Under the pieces are notes generated by a model. The model was not told where the DNA came from, searched no databases, and worked only from the letters and a program-made list of their open reading frames with translations. A stretch of DNA of 60,544 nucleotides from Pseudomonadota bacterium (lineage in GTDB: Bacteria > Bdellovibrionota > Bdellovibrionia > Bdellovibrionales > Bdellovibrionaceae). This document shows, piece by piece, positions 45,861-54,141 of the stretch (position 1 is the stretch's first letter; the number at the start of each line of letters is the position of its first letter). The DNA is taken from NCBI GenBank assembly GCA_041178425.1, contig JBEGVH010000028.1, forward strand, positions 1 through 60,544. Reading direction: 5' to 3'. Both the position numbers and the translations under genes were made by a program.

Positions 45861-47219
45861 ATGTTAAACAATAGGAAATCAATAATCATTAGCAGCATCA
45901 TCGGCTCCGCCATGATTCTCTTCTCGGGTTGCCGAGCAACTCACAACCAAACGATGATCCCCGCTGAATGGCGATCATATTTTAACGCCGCTCCGGTGAG
46001 TAAAAAAATTGAACAAACCAACTCTCAACACAAAGTCCTTGTGGCCATCATCGACTCTGGCGTGGATTACAATCACCCCCTCCTCAAAGACCACATGCAT
46101 TTTGATCTTGATGAAAAAGGCATTGCCACCGGATCTGGATTCGATTTTGTGGGTAATGATTCTTGGCCTCTTCCTTACTTGGCTCGCACTCGTCATCTTT
46201 ATTCCAAGATGGAGACTGATCTTACCGAGTACCAACAAGTTTCCGCAAATATCAAAAAAATGATTTCAAGCCATAAAGAGCTTGAACAGTGGATTAATCC
46301 TCACCGTGTTCATGAAGATGAAGCGGAACAAGGAATCTACCATGGAACTCACGTTGCAGGACTCGCCTCTTATGATGACTCTCGCATCGGAATTCTAGGG
46401 TATCGTGTTCTTCCCGAACAAGAAGCCATCGGTTCATCCAATGAGGCTTCGATCGACACTCTTCTCTCCTACTTAGAAAAATCCATTGAGCACGCTCAAA
46501 AACGGGGCGTAAAAGTGGTTAATATGTCGATTGGTCTTACCTTCGGAGAAGGCGACGAGGGCGCGGCCCACCTTATTGAAGTGTTCAAAAAATTCGAAAA
46601 AATTGTTACCGACCATCCCGATATGGTCTTCGTTGCGGCAGCAGGCAACGAAAGCACTTGGGTGAATGGAGAAACGCGATACTCATTTCCTTGCGGCATT
46701 AAAGCCGACAATATGATCTGCGTGGCCTCTCAGAACGCCAATGGAATTCCGTCGGAGTTCACAAATATTCCCCTGATTACAAACCCGCTCATCTTCGCCC
46801 CCGGAGAACAAATTCTTTCGCCATTTCCAACGCAATTCTGTCAATCGCCGGAACTTTCAAAATTAAAGAAACAAATGGAAGAAACGACGTTGGCGAGCGT
46901 TGCTAAGAAAATTTTGAAAGATTGCCCCATCAGCAAGAAAAACTCTGTGTATCCTCTTTCTGGTACAAGTATGGCTTCACCGCTCATTGCACGTGCGATT
47001 GCTTCGCAGATACTAGAAATGAAACGAGACGCCTCTGGAAAAGAAATTATCGATCTATTCATGAAGAACAGCCAACACGTACAGTACGGGCCACTCTCTT
47101 TAGTGCGATTCAGGCTTCCTGTACCATCTTGGTACCCGAAAGGGCTCGCCACTCAAGGTCTCGGACTCGCGGATAGCTCCATCACTCGCGGCTATTTTGA
47201 GTTTTACTCGAAAAGATAA
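45861..47219 (+). CDS. S8 family serine protease, predicted lipoprotein
   Basis: Lipobox FSGC; IIDSGVDYNHP, HGTHVAG, AAAGN and SGTSMASP. Confidence 0.9.
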   Translation: MLNNRKSIIISSIIGSAMILFSGCRATHNQTMIPAEWRSYFNAAPVSKKIEQTNSQHKVLVAIIDSGVDYNHPLLKDHMHFDLDEKGIATGSGFDFVGNDSWPLPYLARTRHLYSKMETDLTEYQQVSANIKKMISSHKELEQWINPHRVHEDEAEQGIYHGTHVAGLASYDDSRIGILGYRVLPEQEAIGSSNEASIDTLLSYLEKSIEHAQKRGVKVVNMSIGLTFGEGDEGAAHLIEVFKKFEKIVTDHPDMVFVAAAGNESTWVNGETRYSFPCGIKADNMICVASQNANGIPSEFTNIPLITNPLIFAPGEQILSPFPTQFCQSPELSKLKKQMEETTLASVAKKILKDCPISKKNSVYPLSGTSMASPLIARAIASQILEMKRDASGKEIIDLFMKNSQHVQYGPLSLVRFRLPVPSWYPKGLATQGLGLADSSITRGYFEFYSKR

Positions 47220-47226
47220 AGAATCG

Positions 47227-47252
47227 AAAGGCCCACACGAGTGGGCCTTTTT
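47227..47252. terminator. Intrinsic terminator between convergent genes
   Basis: AAAGGCCCAC-acga-GTGGGCCTTTTT. Confidence 0.85.
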
Positions 47253-47257
47253 AATTT

Positions 47258-47776
47258 TTAAAGCCCCGTTTGACTGATACTAGTAGCAATGGCCCCCAAT
47301 GGGGAGTTCAAAATCTGAGCTTTCAGGTCTAACAAAAAGTCGTCCTCTTTGTCGCCGATCAATTTCACTAAAACCCAGAGTAAGTCATCCGAGGTTATAA
47401 AACCTACCATTTGATGAGCATCATTAGTAATGACAAGACTTGAAATTTTTGATTCAAGCATTTTTAGAGCCGCTTGCTTCAAGCCCGCCGCTTCGTGAAG
47501 CGTTTGAATCTCCCAACTCATGTAATCTTGAACGATATCTTCGGAATTAAATTGCTCTCCAATGATTTTGACAGCCCCAGCCTGTTCAACATTTGTATGC
47601 ATGGCTCGCAAAACATCTCTATCACTGAGCACGCCTGCGACATGCTTGGTTTCATCGACCACCACCAAATGACGAACTCTATGTTCAGTCATAAACTCAT
47701 AGGCCTCGCCGATGGTCTTTCCTGGACTCACTGTATAGATTTTTTTATTCATTGATTCGCTGACTGGTACCTTCAT
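47258..47776 (-). CDS. CBS-pair domain protein
   Basis: RVRHLVVVD..GVLSDRDV and KISSLVI..VGFITSDDLL; ATG at 47776 with GGAGGT RBS. Confidence 0.9.
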   Translation of the reverse strand: MKVPVSESMNKKIYTVSPGKTIGEAYEFMTEHRVRHLVVVDETKHVAGVLSDRDVLRAMHTNVEQAGAVKIIGEQFNSEDIVQDYMSWEIQTLHEAAGLKQAALKMLESKISSLVITNDAHQMVGFITSDDLLWVLVKLIGDKEDDFLLDLKAQILNSPLGAIATSISQTGL

Positions 47777-47872
47777 GACTACCTCCAAAACCATTAAACC
47801 CCAACTTCTTAGGATCTTCAGGTTTTGACTGACCGTCCCGACCATTCCGTCTCAACAGCCCGCAGGTCAAAC

Positions 47873-48403
47873 TCAATTTGAAGGCTGTTCTGTCCTTAGG
47901 AGCTGATCAAGATTTCTGTAGTGATGTTTATTAGCGACTTTATCGAGGAGCTCTTTGTAGAGACCTTCATCCATCTGTGGCGTGCGAGAGAGCACCCATA
48001 AATACTTGCGATTGGGATTTCCAACCACAGCGTACTCGTAACGATCCCCCAGCTCAATCACCCAGTAGTCTCCTGAAAAGGGCCAGAAGAATTGCACCTT
48101 CAACTTGGCATTGCTCGAGTCCGTGACCCATGCTTTGCCCGTGGCTCGGCTGATAGGTCCACTCAGAGACCCTTTTTGGCACTCATTAACAACCTTAATC
48201 TTTGAGCCACGACCAAGTGAGTATTCAGCGGTTGTTCCATGACAGTCCCTCTGAAACCACTGAGGTAAGCTGGCAATTTCATACCACCGCCCTAGGTAGC
48301 GCTCTAAATCGACCTGATTCACAGGCTGCAAAGGTGGAAGCTCTTCGGCAAGAAGGCTTTGGAAAGGCACCACTATGAGGAGAGCTAACAATAAAGTTTT
48401 CAT
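47873..48403 (-). CDS. blc: Bacterial lipocalin (Blc-like)
   Basis: VDLERYLGRWYEIA, LKVQFFWPFSGDYWV and YLWVLSRTP; signal peptide from ATG 48403. Confidence 0.9.
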   Translation of the reverse strand: MKTLLLALLIVVPFQSLLAEELPPLQPVNQVDLERYLGRWYEIASLPQWFQRDCHGTTAEYSLGRGSKIKVVNECQKGSLSGPISRATGKAWVTDSSNAKLKVQFFWPFSGDYWVIELGDRYEYAVVGNPNRKYLWVLSRTPQMDEGLYKELLDKVANKHHYRNLDQLLRTEQPSN

Positions 48404-48518
48404 GCTGTTGATCCTAGCAGGTTTTCCGGTACTTACCATCAGAAATTTTTTATCCGCCCCCCCTACACTAAGCAGAATTTAATGGTCTATTGAGACAAAA
48501 TACCCTAGTTTACCGCCT

Positions 48519-49256
48519 ATGTTAAAACCTGGCATTGTGATCTCAAATCTAACCTTGAGTTACCAACGGCACCCAGCCGTCCATCATCTTTCGGGTCACT
48601 TCGAAGAGGGATCGTTGACGGCCATTATGGGTCCCAACGGGGGCGGAAAATCAACACTCATAAAAGCCCTCGCGGGATTACACGCGATCGATGAGGGACG
48701 CATAGATCGATCAAGCACCCACACATTGCAAAACACCGCTTATTTACCCCAAAGTAATAAGTGGGATCGCCAGATTCCCTTGAACGTGTTCGAGTTAGCG
48801 AGCCAAGCACTCCTTCCTGAACTCGGATTTTGGAAGCGCCCAAATTCAGAACAAACAGACCGTGTTCTATCTGCCCTTGAACAAGTTGGCCTCAAAGAAG
48901 AAATGAAACGCAGTATAGGCAGTCTATCGTTGGGCCAATTTCAAAGAGCTCTCTTTGCTCGTGTCATTGTTCAAAATTCTCAAGTGATTTTACTCGATGA
49001 GCCCCTCACCGGTCTTGATGAAAAATCCATCGATTCTTGTTTTGAGCTTATTCACCAATGGCATAAAGAGTGTCGCACGGTTGTCGTTGTTCTCCACGAC
49101 CGTCACCTTGCCATTAAACATTTTCCTCGAACGCTCATTCTTGCTCGAGAAGCACAGGCCTGGGGCCCTACCTCAGAGGTCTTAGAACCCAATCTTTGGC
49201 GCCAAGCGCTCGTTAAAAAATCTCCCTCTCGAGCGGACGAGGAGTGTCTCCGGTGA
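48519..49256 (+). CDS. Zn/Mn ABC transporter ATP-binding subunit (ZnuC/AztA-like)
   Basis: HPAVHHLSG, Walker A GPNGGGKST, LSLGQFQR, LLDEP and VLHD. Confidence 0.9.
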   Translation: MLKPGIVISNLTLSYQRHPAVHHLSGHFEEGSLTAIMGPNGGGKSTLIKALAGLHAIDEGRIDRSSTHTLQNTAYLPQSNKWDRQIPLNVFELASQALLPELGFWKRPNSEQTDRVLSALEQVGLKEEMKRSIGSLSLGQFQRALFARVIVQNSQVILLDEPLTGLDEKSIDSCFELIHQWHKECRTVVVVLHDRHLAIKHFPRTLILAREAQAWGPTSEVLEPNLWRQALVKKSPSRADEECLR

Positions 49257-50152
49257 GTAGCTCTTTTTTATTTAATTTTTTACAGAGTTACACTATTTTT
49301 TCAAATGCTCTTTTTGAATTTGATTTTCTTCGACAAGCTTTATTCATCAATCTCATCACAGGCCTCGTGACTGCGCCACTCGGAGTCTTTTTGGTTCTTC
49401 GAAGGATGAGTCTTATGGGCGATGCCCTCAGCCACGCACTGCTGCCGGGAGTAGCCATTGGATACTTTTTCTTCGGATCCTCGGTGATTGCCATGACGGC
49501 GGGTGGCCTCATTGCGGGACTTGTTGTTGTGGCCTTTACTGTTTGGGCACAAAAGCATTCATCCCTCAAAGAAGATAGTACCTTTGCGGCCTTCTACTTG
49601 ATCTCTATTTCTATCGGAGTTCTCGCTATCTCGAGCCGCGGAAGTTCTGCCGATCTCATGCACATTCTCTTTGGATCTCCGCTCACGGCTTCCCACGAAA
49701 GTCTCACTCTCACCAGCATTGTCTGCTTGATTACTGGTTTTCTCTTTTGGTTTTTTCGGCGTTTTTTTCTTTTGGAAATTTTCGATCCAACGTACTTACA
49801 ATCGAGAGGCTATCAGCCCGTTCTTTTTCAGATGCTCTTTTTAATCCTTGTTGTGGCGGCCCTCGTAGTGAGCTTTCAAACAAACGGCACGTTGCTAGCC
49901 ATGGGCCAACTTCTTCTGCCGGCTATTATTGCGCAACTATGGAGCCAAAGAATGAATGGAATCATTCTGATTGCGATGGTACTCTCGATCGTCGGCTCCG
50001 TCTTGGGACTCTTTCTGTCGTTCACTTTGGATTGGCCACTGGGACCATCAACACTTGCCCTCTGGGGAGCGGGTTATCTCTTGAGCCTTCTTTTGAATCC
50101 AAACCAAGGACTCCTCAAATCCTTTTTTCCGAAGAAGCATTATGAAGCCTAA
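49244..50152 (+). CDS. Zn/Mn ABC transporter permease (ZnuB/AztB-like); start uncertain
   Basis: LRRMSLMGDALSHALLPG and DLMHILFG; polytopic. Confidence 0.9.
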   Translation: MSPVSSSFLFNFLQSYTIFSNALFEFDFLRQALFINLITGLVTAPLGVFLVLRRMSLMGDALSHALLPGVAIGYFFFGSSVIAMTAGGLIAGLVVVAFTVWAQKHSSLKEDSTFAAFYLISISIGVLAISSRGSSADLMHILFGSPLTASHESLTLTSIVCLITGFLFWFFRRFFLLEIFDPTYLQSRGYQPVLFQMLFLILVVAALVVSFQTNGTLLAMGQLLLPAIIAQLWSQRMNGIILIAMVLSIVGSVLGLFLSFTLDWPLGPSTLALWGAGYLLSLLLNPNQGLLKSFFPKKHYEA

Positions 50153-51020
50153 CTTTACCATTATCATTGCCATTTCTATCGCTCTTTCCATTGTTTTAGC
50201 CCACTCCTCTGCATGGGCAAAAGGAATTACGACGAGTTTTCCAATCCTCACCCTCATTACCAAGGACCTTGCTCCACCCAACATTTCTATCAGAACACTC
50301 ACGTCGTCTGCAGAAGAGGCGCATCATTTTGAAATGACACCGAAGATCCTCATCGAACTTCAAAATCAAGATCTAATCATAATCAACGGGTTGAACTTTG
50401 AACATTGGGTTGATTCCATCAAAACCAATCTGCCAAAAACTTTAAAAATCATCAACGCTACGGCCGGCATAAAACCTTTAGTTCTTGATCATCAAGAGGT
50501 TGATCCGCACGCTTGGCATGACCCACAGAATCTTAAAAAATATATCGACAACATTCAAGCCGCTTTGGTGACTCAGTACCCAGAGCACCAAGCCACCATC
50601 AACACCCGCTCAAAAATACTCAAAGACCGCACTCAGAAACTCTTCGAAGAGTATTCACAAAAATTCAAAAGCTTAAACAAAAATCTCACTCTTGTTACAT
50701 CTCACGATTCTATGAACTACTTCGCTCACGCCTATGGATTTAACAGCCTCTCTCTCTACGATAATCATCACGGTGAAAATTTATCTCCGCGACAACTCAC
50801 TGAGAAACTAAAAGAGATCAAGAAGCAGAAACACCGACTGTTTCTGCTTGATAGCTCAGACACCGATTCGAACCTAAAATCTTGGGCACAAAAAACAAAT
50901 TCCGCTGTTATCGGAATTATTTGGAGCGATGGGCTTCCAAAAACTAATCCTCCTCAAGATATCCTCGATTACCTAGAGCACAATGCAAAACTGGTTTTTG
51001 AATCCCAACAAAAAGAATAG
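50142..51020 (+). CDS. Zn/Mn ABC transporter substrate-binding protein (ZnuA/TroA family)
   Basis: EAHHFE, NGLNFEHW, DPHAWHDP, SHDSMNYF and SDGL. Confidence 0.9.
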   Translation: MKPNFTIIIAISIALSIVLAHSSAWAKGITTSFPILTLITKDLAPPNISIRTLTSSAEEAHHFEMTPKILIELQNQDLIIINGLNFEHWVDSIKTNLPKTLKIINATAGIKPLVLDHQEVDPHAWHDPQNLKKYIDNIQAALVTQYPEHQATINTRSKILKDRTQKLFEEYSQKFKSLNKNLTLVTSHDSMNYFAHAYGFNSLSLYDNHHGENLSPRQLTEKLKEIKKQKHRLFLLDSSDTDSNLKSWAQKTNSAVIGIIWSDGLPKTNPPQDILDYLEHNAKLVFESQQKE

Positions 51021-51152
51021 TCCCTAGTTGATAGAGCTATTCTTTAGTCTAGCGTAAGAAGAAAATTTCAATCGGCTACTCCCTTTAATTCGCCCCGGCC
51101 AATTTACCTGATTGCTAAACGGTCACTGAAGAGCTGTAATAGAGAAAGACGT

Positions 51153-51611
51153 ATGAATTCAGGGAGTTTGCATTTGAACACTATCGAGCGTTTCGGCTTA
51201 GCTATCACGTCTGTAATTTGTATGCAGGGCTGTTTTATAATTAAAAATGCTCTCAATAGCGAAATTTCCGCCAACTTAATTCAAATGCACAACGCCCAAA
51301 AGTCATTTAATAGCATCAACAATCGATACACCAACAATCTCAATGAGATCACCGTTGATTTAAAATTGGATGACCCCAATTATCAATACGGCTTTAATCC
51401 AAAATGTTTTCCAGAGGCGAATGCCGAAAGCTTGTCAAATAAGCCCAACTTTGGCTTCAAAAAGAAAAACTTTTTTACGACCTGGCTACAGAAGCAACCG
51501 TGTCGCCCTGATGGCTATACTTTCTACGCCGTACACCAAGTGAACACCGTGGAATTCGAAATTCACGAAATAAATGAAAAAAAACAAACTAAAGACTACA
51601 AAATTCCTTAG
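51153..51611 (+). CDS. Type IV pilin-like hypothetical protein with non-canonical N-terminus
   Basis: SEISANLIQMHNAQKSFNSINNRYT resembles the deltaproteobacterial PilA alpha1-C (EAxxNLxxIxxAExxFxxExxxY); has YQYGF and a Cys pair. Confidence 0.5.
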   Translation: MNSGSLHLNTIERFGLAITSVICMQGCFIIKNALNSEISANLIQMHNAQKSFNSINNRYTNNLNEITVDLKLDDPNYQYGFNPKCFPEANAESLSNKPNFGFKKKNFFTTWLQKQPCRPDGYTFYAVHQVNTVEFEIHEINEKKQTKDYKIP

Positions 51612-51659
51612 TAGTCTTTTTATTGATTAAACCAACGCCGCTCTAAAATGAGCTACAAA

Positions 51660-52187
51660 TTATTTTTGTCGAACAAAATTACCTGTTATGTAATGAGGAA
51701 TTTCTTCCATACGACAACTACCACCGCCATTCACAGGTGGCATCGATGGATCACATCGTTGGCGATAATCGCTGTAATCGTAAATTCCGGCCAAAAACTT
51801 GTTGGAGCCCGAAAAATCTAACTCTAGTTCTCTACCCAAAACCCGACGGCAAACACCGGGATGAAACTCAAATACCGCCCGATCAAGAACGTAGGTTCCG
51901 TTCTTTTTACTGAGCTCTACTAATTTTAAAAGCCCTATTTTCGAACCACAACGCACGTCTAACATATCTTCGCCCAATTGATCGACGTATTTAAGCCGCG
52001 GCTGATCGCCATCGAGGTAAATTTGAATCGTCGCCCGCTTGCCATCAAAACGCCCGGAGTAAGTGCCCTCGACTTTTTTCGCTTCAGACAAATATTCTTT
52101 AGGCACATGCCCATCTTTGATTTTAACTTGCTTACAACCGACAAAACTCAACATTGAAATCAAACAAACTAAGTGAACAAATCGCAT
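51660..52187 (-). CDS. Hypothetical lipoprotein
   Basis: AAGGAGA RBS; lipobox FVGC; four further Cys after the lipobox. Confidence 0.75.
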   Translation of the reverse strand: MRFVHLVCLISMLSFVGCKQVKIKDGHVPKEYLSEAKKVEGTYSGRFDGKRATIQIYLDGDQPRLKYVDQLGEDMLDVRCGSKIGLLKLVELSKKNGTYVLDRAVFEFHPGVCRRVLGRELELDFSGSNKFLAGIYDYSDYRQRCDPSMPPVNGGGSCRMEEIPHYITGNFVRQK

Positions 52188-52290
52188 AAAAATCTCCTTT
52201 GCAACTCATCTTTTTAAACGTCTATTTTTGAAAACCTGGTTCTCGTTGTATGAAAACACCGTTCATTTTAATGGCCTTACTACAAAAGAC

Positions 52291-54000
52291 TTACCGGTAG
52301 GCCGCTTCGGTAATATCAAAACCATAGAGACCATTGACTTCATCTGACACCAGCATCACCTTCACGTAATCACCGGGAATGATGGGGCTCCAACCGTGAC
52401 CACTTTTGCCATGTAAAACAAAAAGACGATTGCCCTGACGATCAAATAAATCAACCCGATCTTGTTTGAATTCTAATTCAAACTTTTGAAAAAAGAGAGA
52501 AACCTCTTTTGCGCCCGGAAAGCTAAACTCCCAGACTAATTTTGCCTTGTCGGGATAAGGGTGAGAGGTCGATGTATTGAGTGTTTTTTTGTTTTTCCAA
52601 TGAACAGGGTCATCTTGATCCATGGGAGGCAATTGATTGGTTAAAGCATAGTAAGCATCAACCGTACCGCCAGTAATAGTTTTATCGCGTAAACCCGCCA
52701 TTGGCCTCGCCGATTTCAGCAACCGATCCTTGAGTTCACGCACAGTTAAATGAGGCTCTTGCGAAAGCACCAAAGCCGCCACTCCCGACACATGAGGGGC
52801 CGCCATCGAAGTGCCAATCATGCGACGAAGAGAATCTCCCCAAAGTCCCGCCACATCAACTCCGGGGGCACCGAGATGCACCGTTGTGGCCCCAAAACAT
52901 GAGCCCGACCACATTTGTCCGTGTTGATCATAGCTCGCAACACTCACCACATTTTCGTTTTTTAGGGACGCCGGATAAATTGGTATTTCAGCATTGTCCC
53001 ATCCACTGTTTCCGGCGGCAGCGACAAAAAGAATATTTTTTTTGTTGGCTTCCTCAACCACCCGCTCCATGATTTCTGAATGGTTACGCCCTCCCCAGGA
53101 GTTATTAATAATATGAGCTCCCATTTGGGTTGCATATTGAATGGCGCGAATGCCTAATTCGTGGGTTCCTTTGCCCTCTTTAGAGGCGAACTTAATTGGC
53201 ATCACCGAAACGTTCCAAGCAACACCCGCGGTGCCGTAGGCATTATTGGCTTTAGCGGCCATCACACTGGCTACATGCGTCCCATGGCCATGATCATCGA
53301 GGGGATCGCCATCATTGTTCACAAAATCGTAACCATGAACATCATCGATAAAACCATTCTTATCGTCGTCTACTCCTGCCTGCCCATTCAACTCCAAGGT
53401 GTTCACCCAAATGTTGTCGGCTAACTCTTGGTGCTTGTAGTTAACTCCGGAATCAATCTCGGCAATCACAATTTCTTTTTTGCCGGTCTGTAAGGCCCAC
53501 CCTTTAACAATTCCCGCATCAACTCCCAACCGACCCGCTCGCCCCCAGCCATCGGCTTGGCCCGTATTTGCAAGGGCCCATTGTTTGGCAAATTCGGGAT
53601 CATTGGGCGTTGCAACTTGATCTTTACCAGCTTGATTTTTAGCGCCTGGGACTTCCATGGTCTCCAACTGATAAATATAATTTGGCTCAACCAACTCAAC
53701 TTCAGGAAGCCTATTTAAAAAAGATAATGCCTCCTGCGCAGAAAAACCAAGAGACTCCGGCACTCGAATCAGTCGAATCGGCATGCCCACAGCATCATAT
53801 GCGTGAACACGATGTGTTTTGAGAAACAAACTTTCTTTTGCGTTAGCTTTGAGAAGGAGAACGTATTCACCGGGAACCGCCTCATAAGAAAAAGCATTTA
53901 AGCTAAAAAGACAGAGAAGAAAAACCCCCACGTTCAAGAAACCTAATTGACCTGGTACCATAAACCGCCCCCCAATTTTCCCCATAAATCTCATAACCAA
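52291..54000 (-). CDS. S8 subtilase with prodomain and C-terminal CUB-like domain (true start probably 53961 or later)
   Basis: EPNY, PNDP..QW, IDSG, HGTHVA and GTSMAAPHVSG; CUB-like HPYP...F..FELE...D...SD......GF. Confidence 0.9.
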   Translation of the reverse strand: MVMRFMGKIGGRFMVPGQLGFLNVGVFLLCLFSLNAFSYEAVPGEYVLLLKANAKESLFLKTHRVHAYDAVGMPIRLIRVPESLGFSAQEALSFLNRLPEVELVEPNYIYQLETMEVPGAKNQAGKDQVATPNDPEFAKQWALANTGQADGWGRAGRLGVDAGIVKGWALQTGKKEIVIAEIDSGVNYKHQELADNIWVNTLELNGQAGVDDDKNGFIDDVHGYDFVNNDGDPLDDHGHGTHVASVMAAKANNAYGTAGVAWNVSVMPIKFASKEGKGTHELGIRAIQYATQMGAHIINNSWGGRNHSEIMERVVEEANKKNILFVAAAGNSGWDNAEIPIYPASLKNENVVSVASYDQHGQMWSGSCFGATTVHLGAPGVDVAGLWGDSLRRMIGTSMAAPHVSGVAALVLSQEPHLTVRELKDRLLKSARPMAGLRDKTITGGTVDAYYALTNQLPPMDQDDPVHWKNKKTLNTSTSHPYPDKAKLVWEFSFPGAKEVSLFFQKFELEFKQDRVDLFDRQGNRLFVLHGKSGHGWSPIIPGDYVKVMLVSDEVNGLYGFDITEAAYR

Positions 54001-54141
54001 GCTTTAAACTGAGGTCAAAGTATTATAGACAATTAAAGCGGTCTGTTGATAGGATAAAACAAACTCAAGATAAGCGAGCATAATTCGCCACTTGAGTCTA
54101 CTTCAGAGACCCTTTTCAAGAACTTGAGATTGGATTACAAA

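Noticed and set aside
48440..51020. Nickel importer serving the hydrogenase, or a Zur box
   Set aside because: Motifs are of the Zn/Mn cluster A-I type, the genes are 12 kb from hox, and no clear Zur palindrome is visible.
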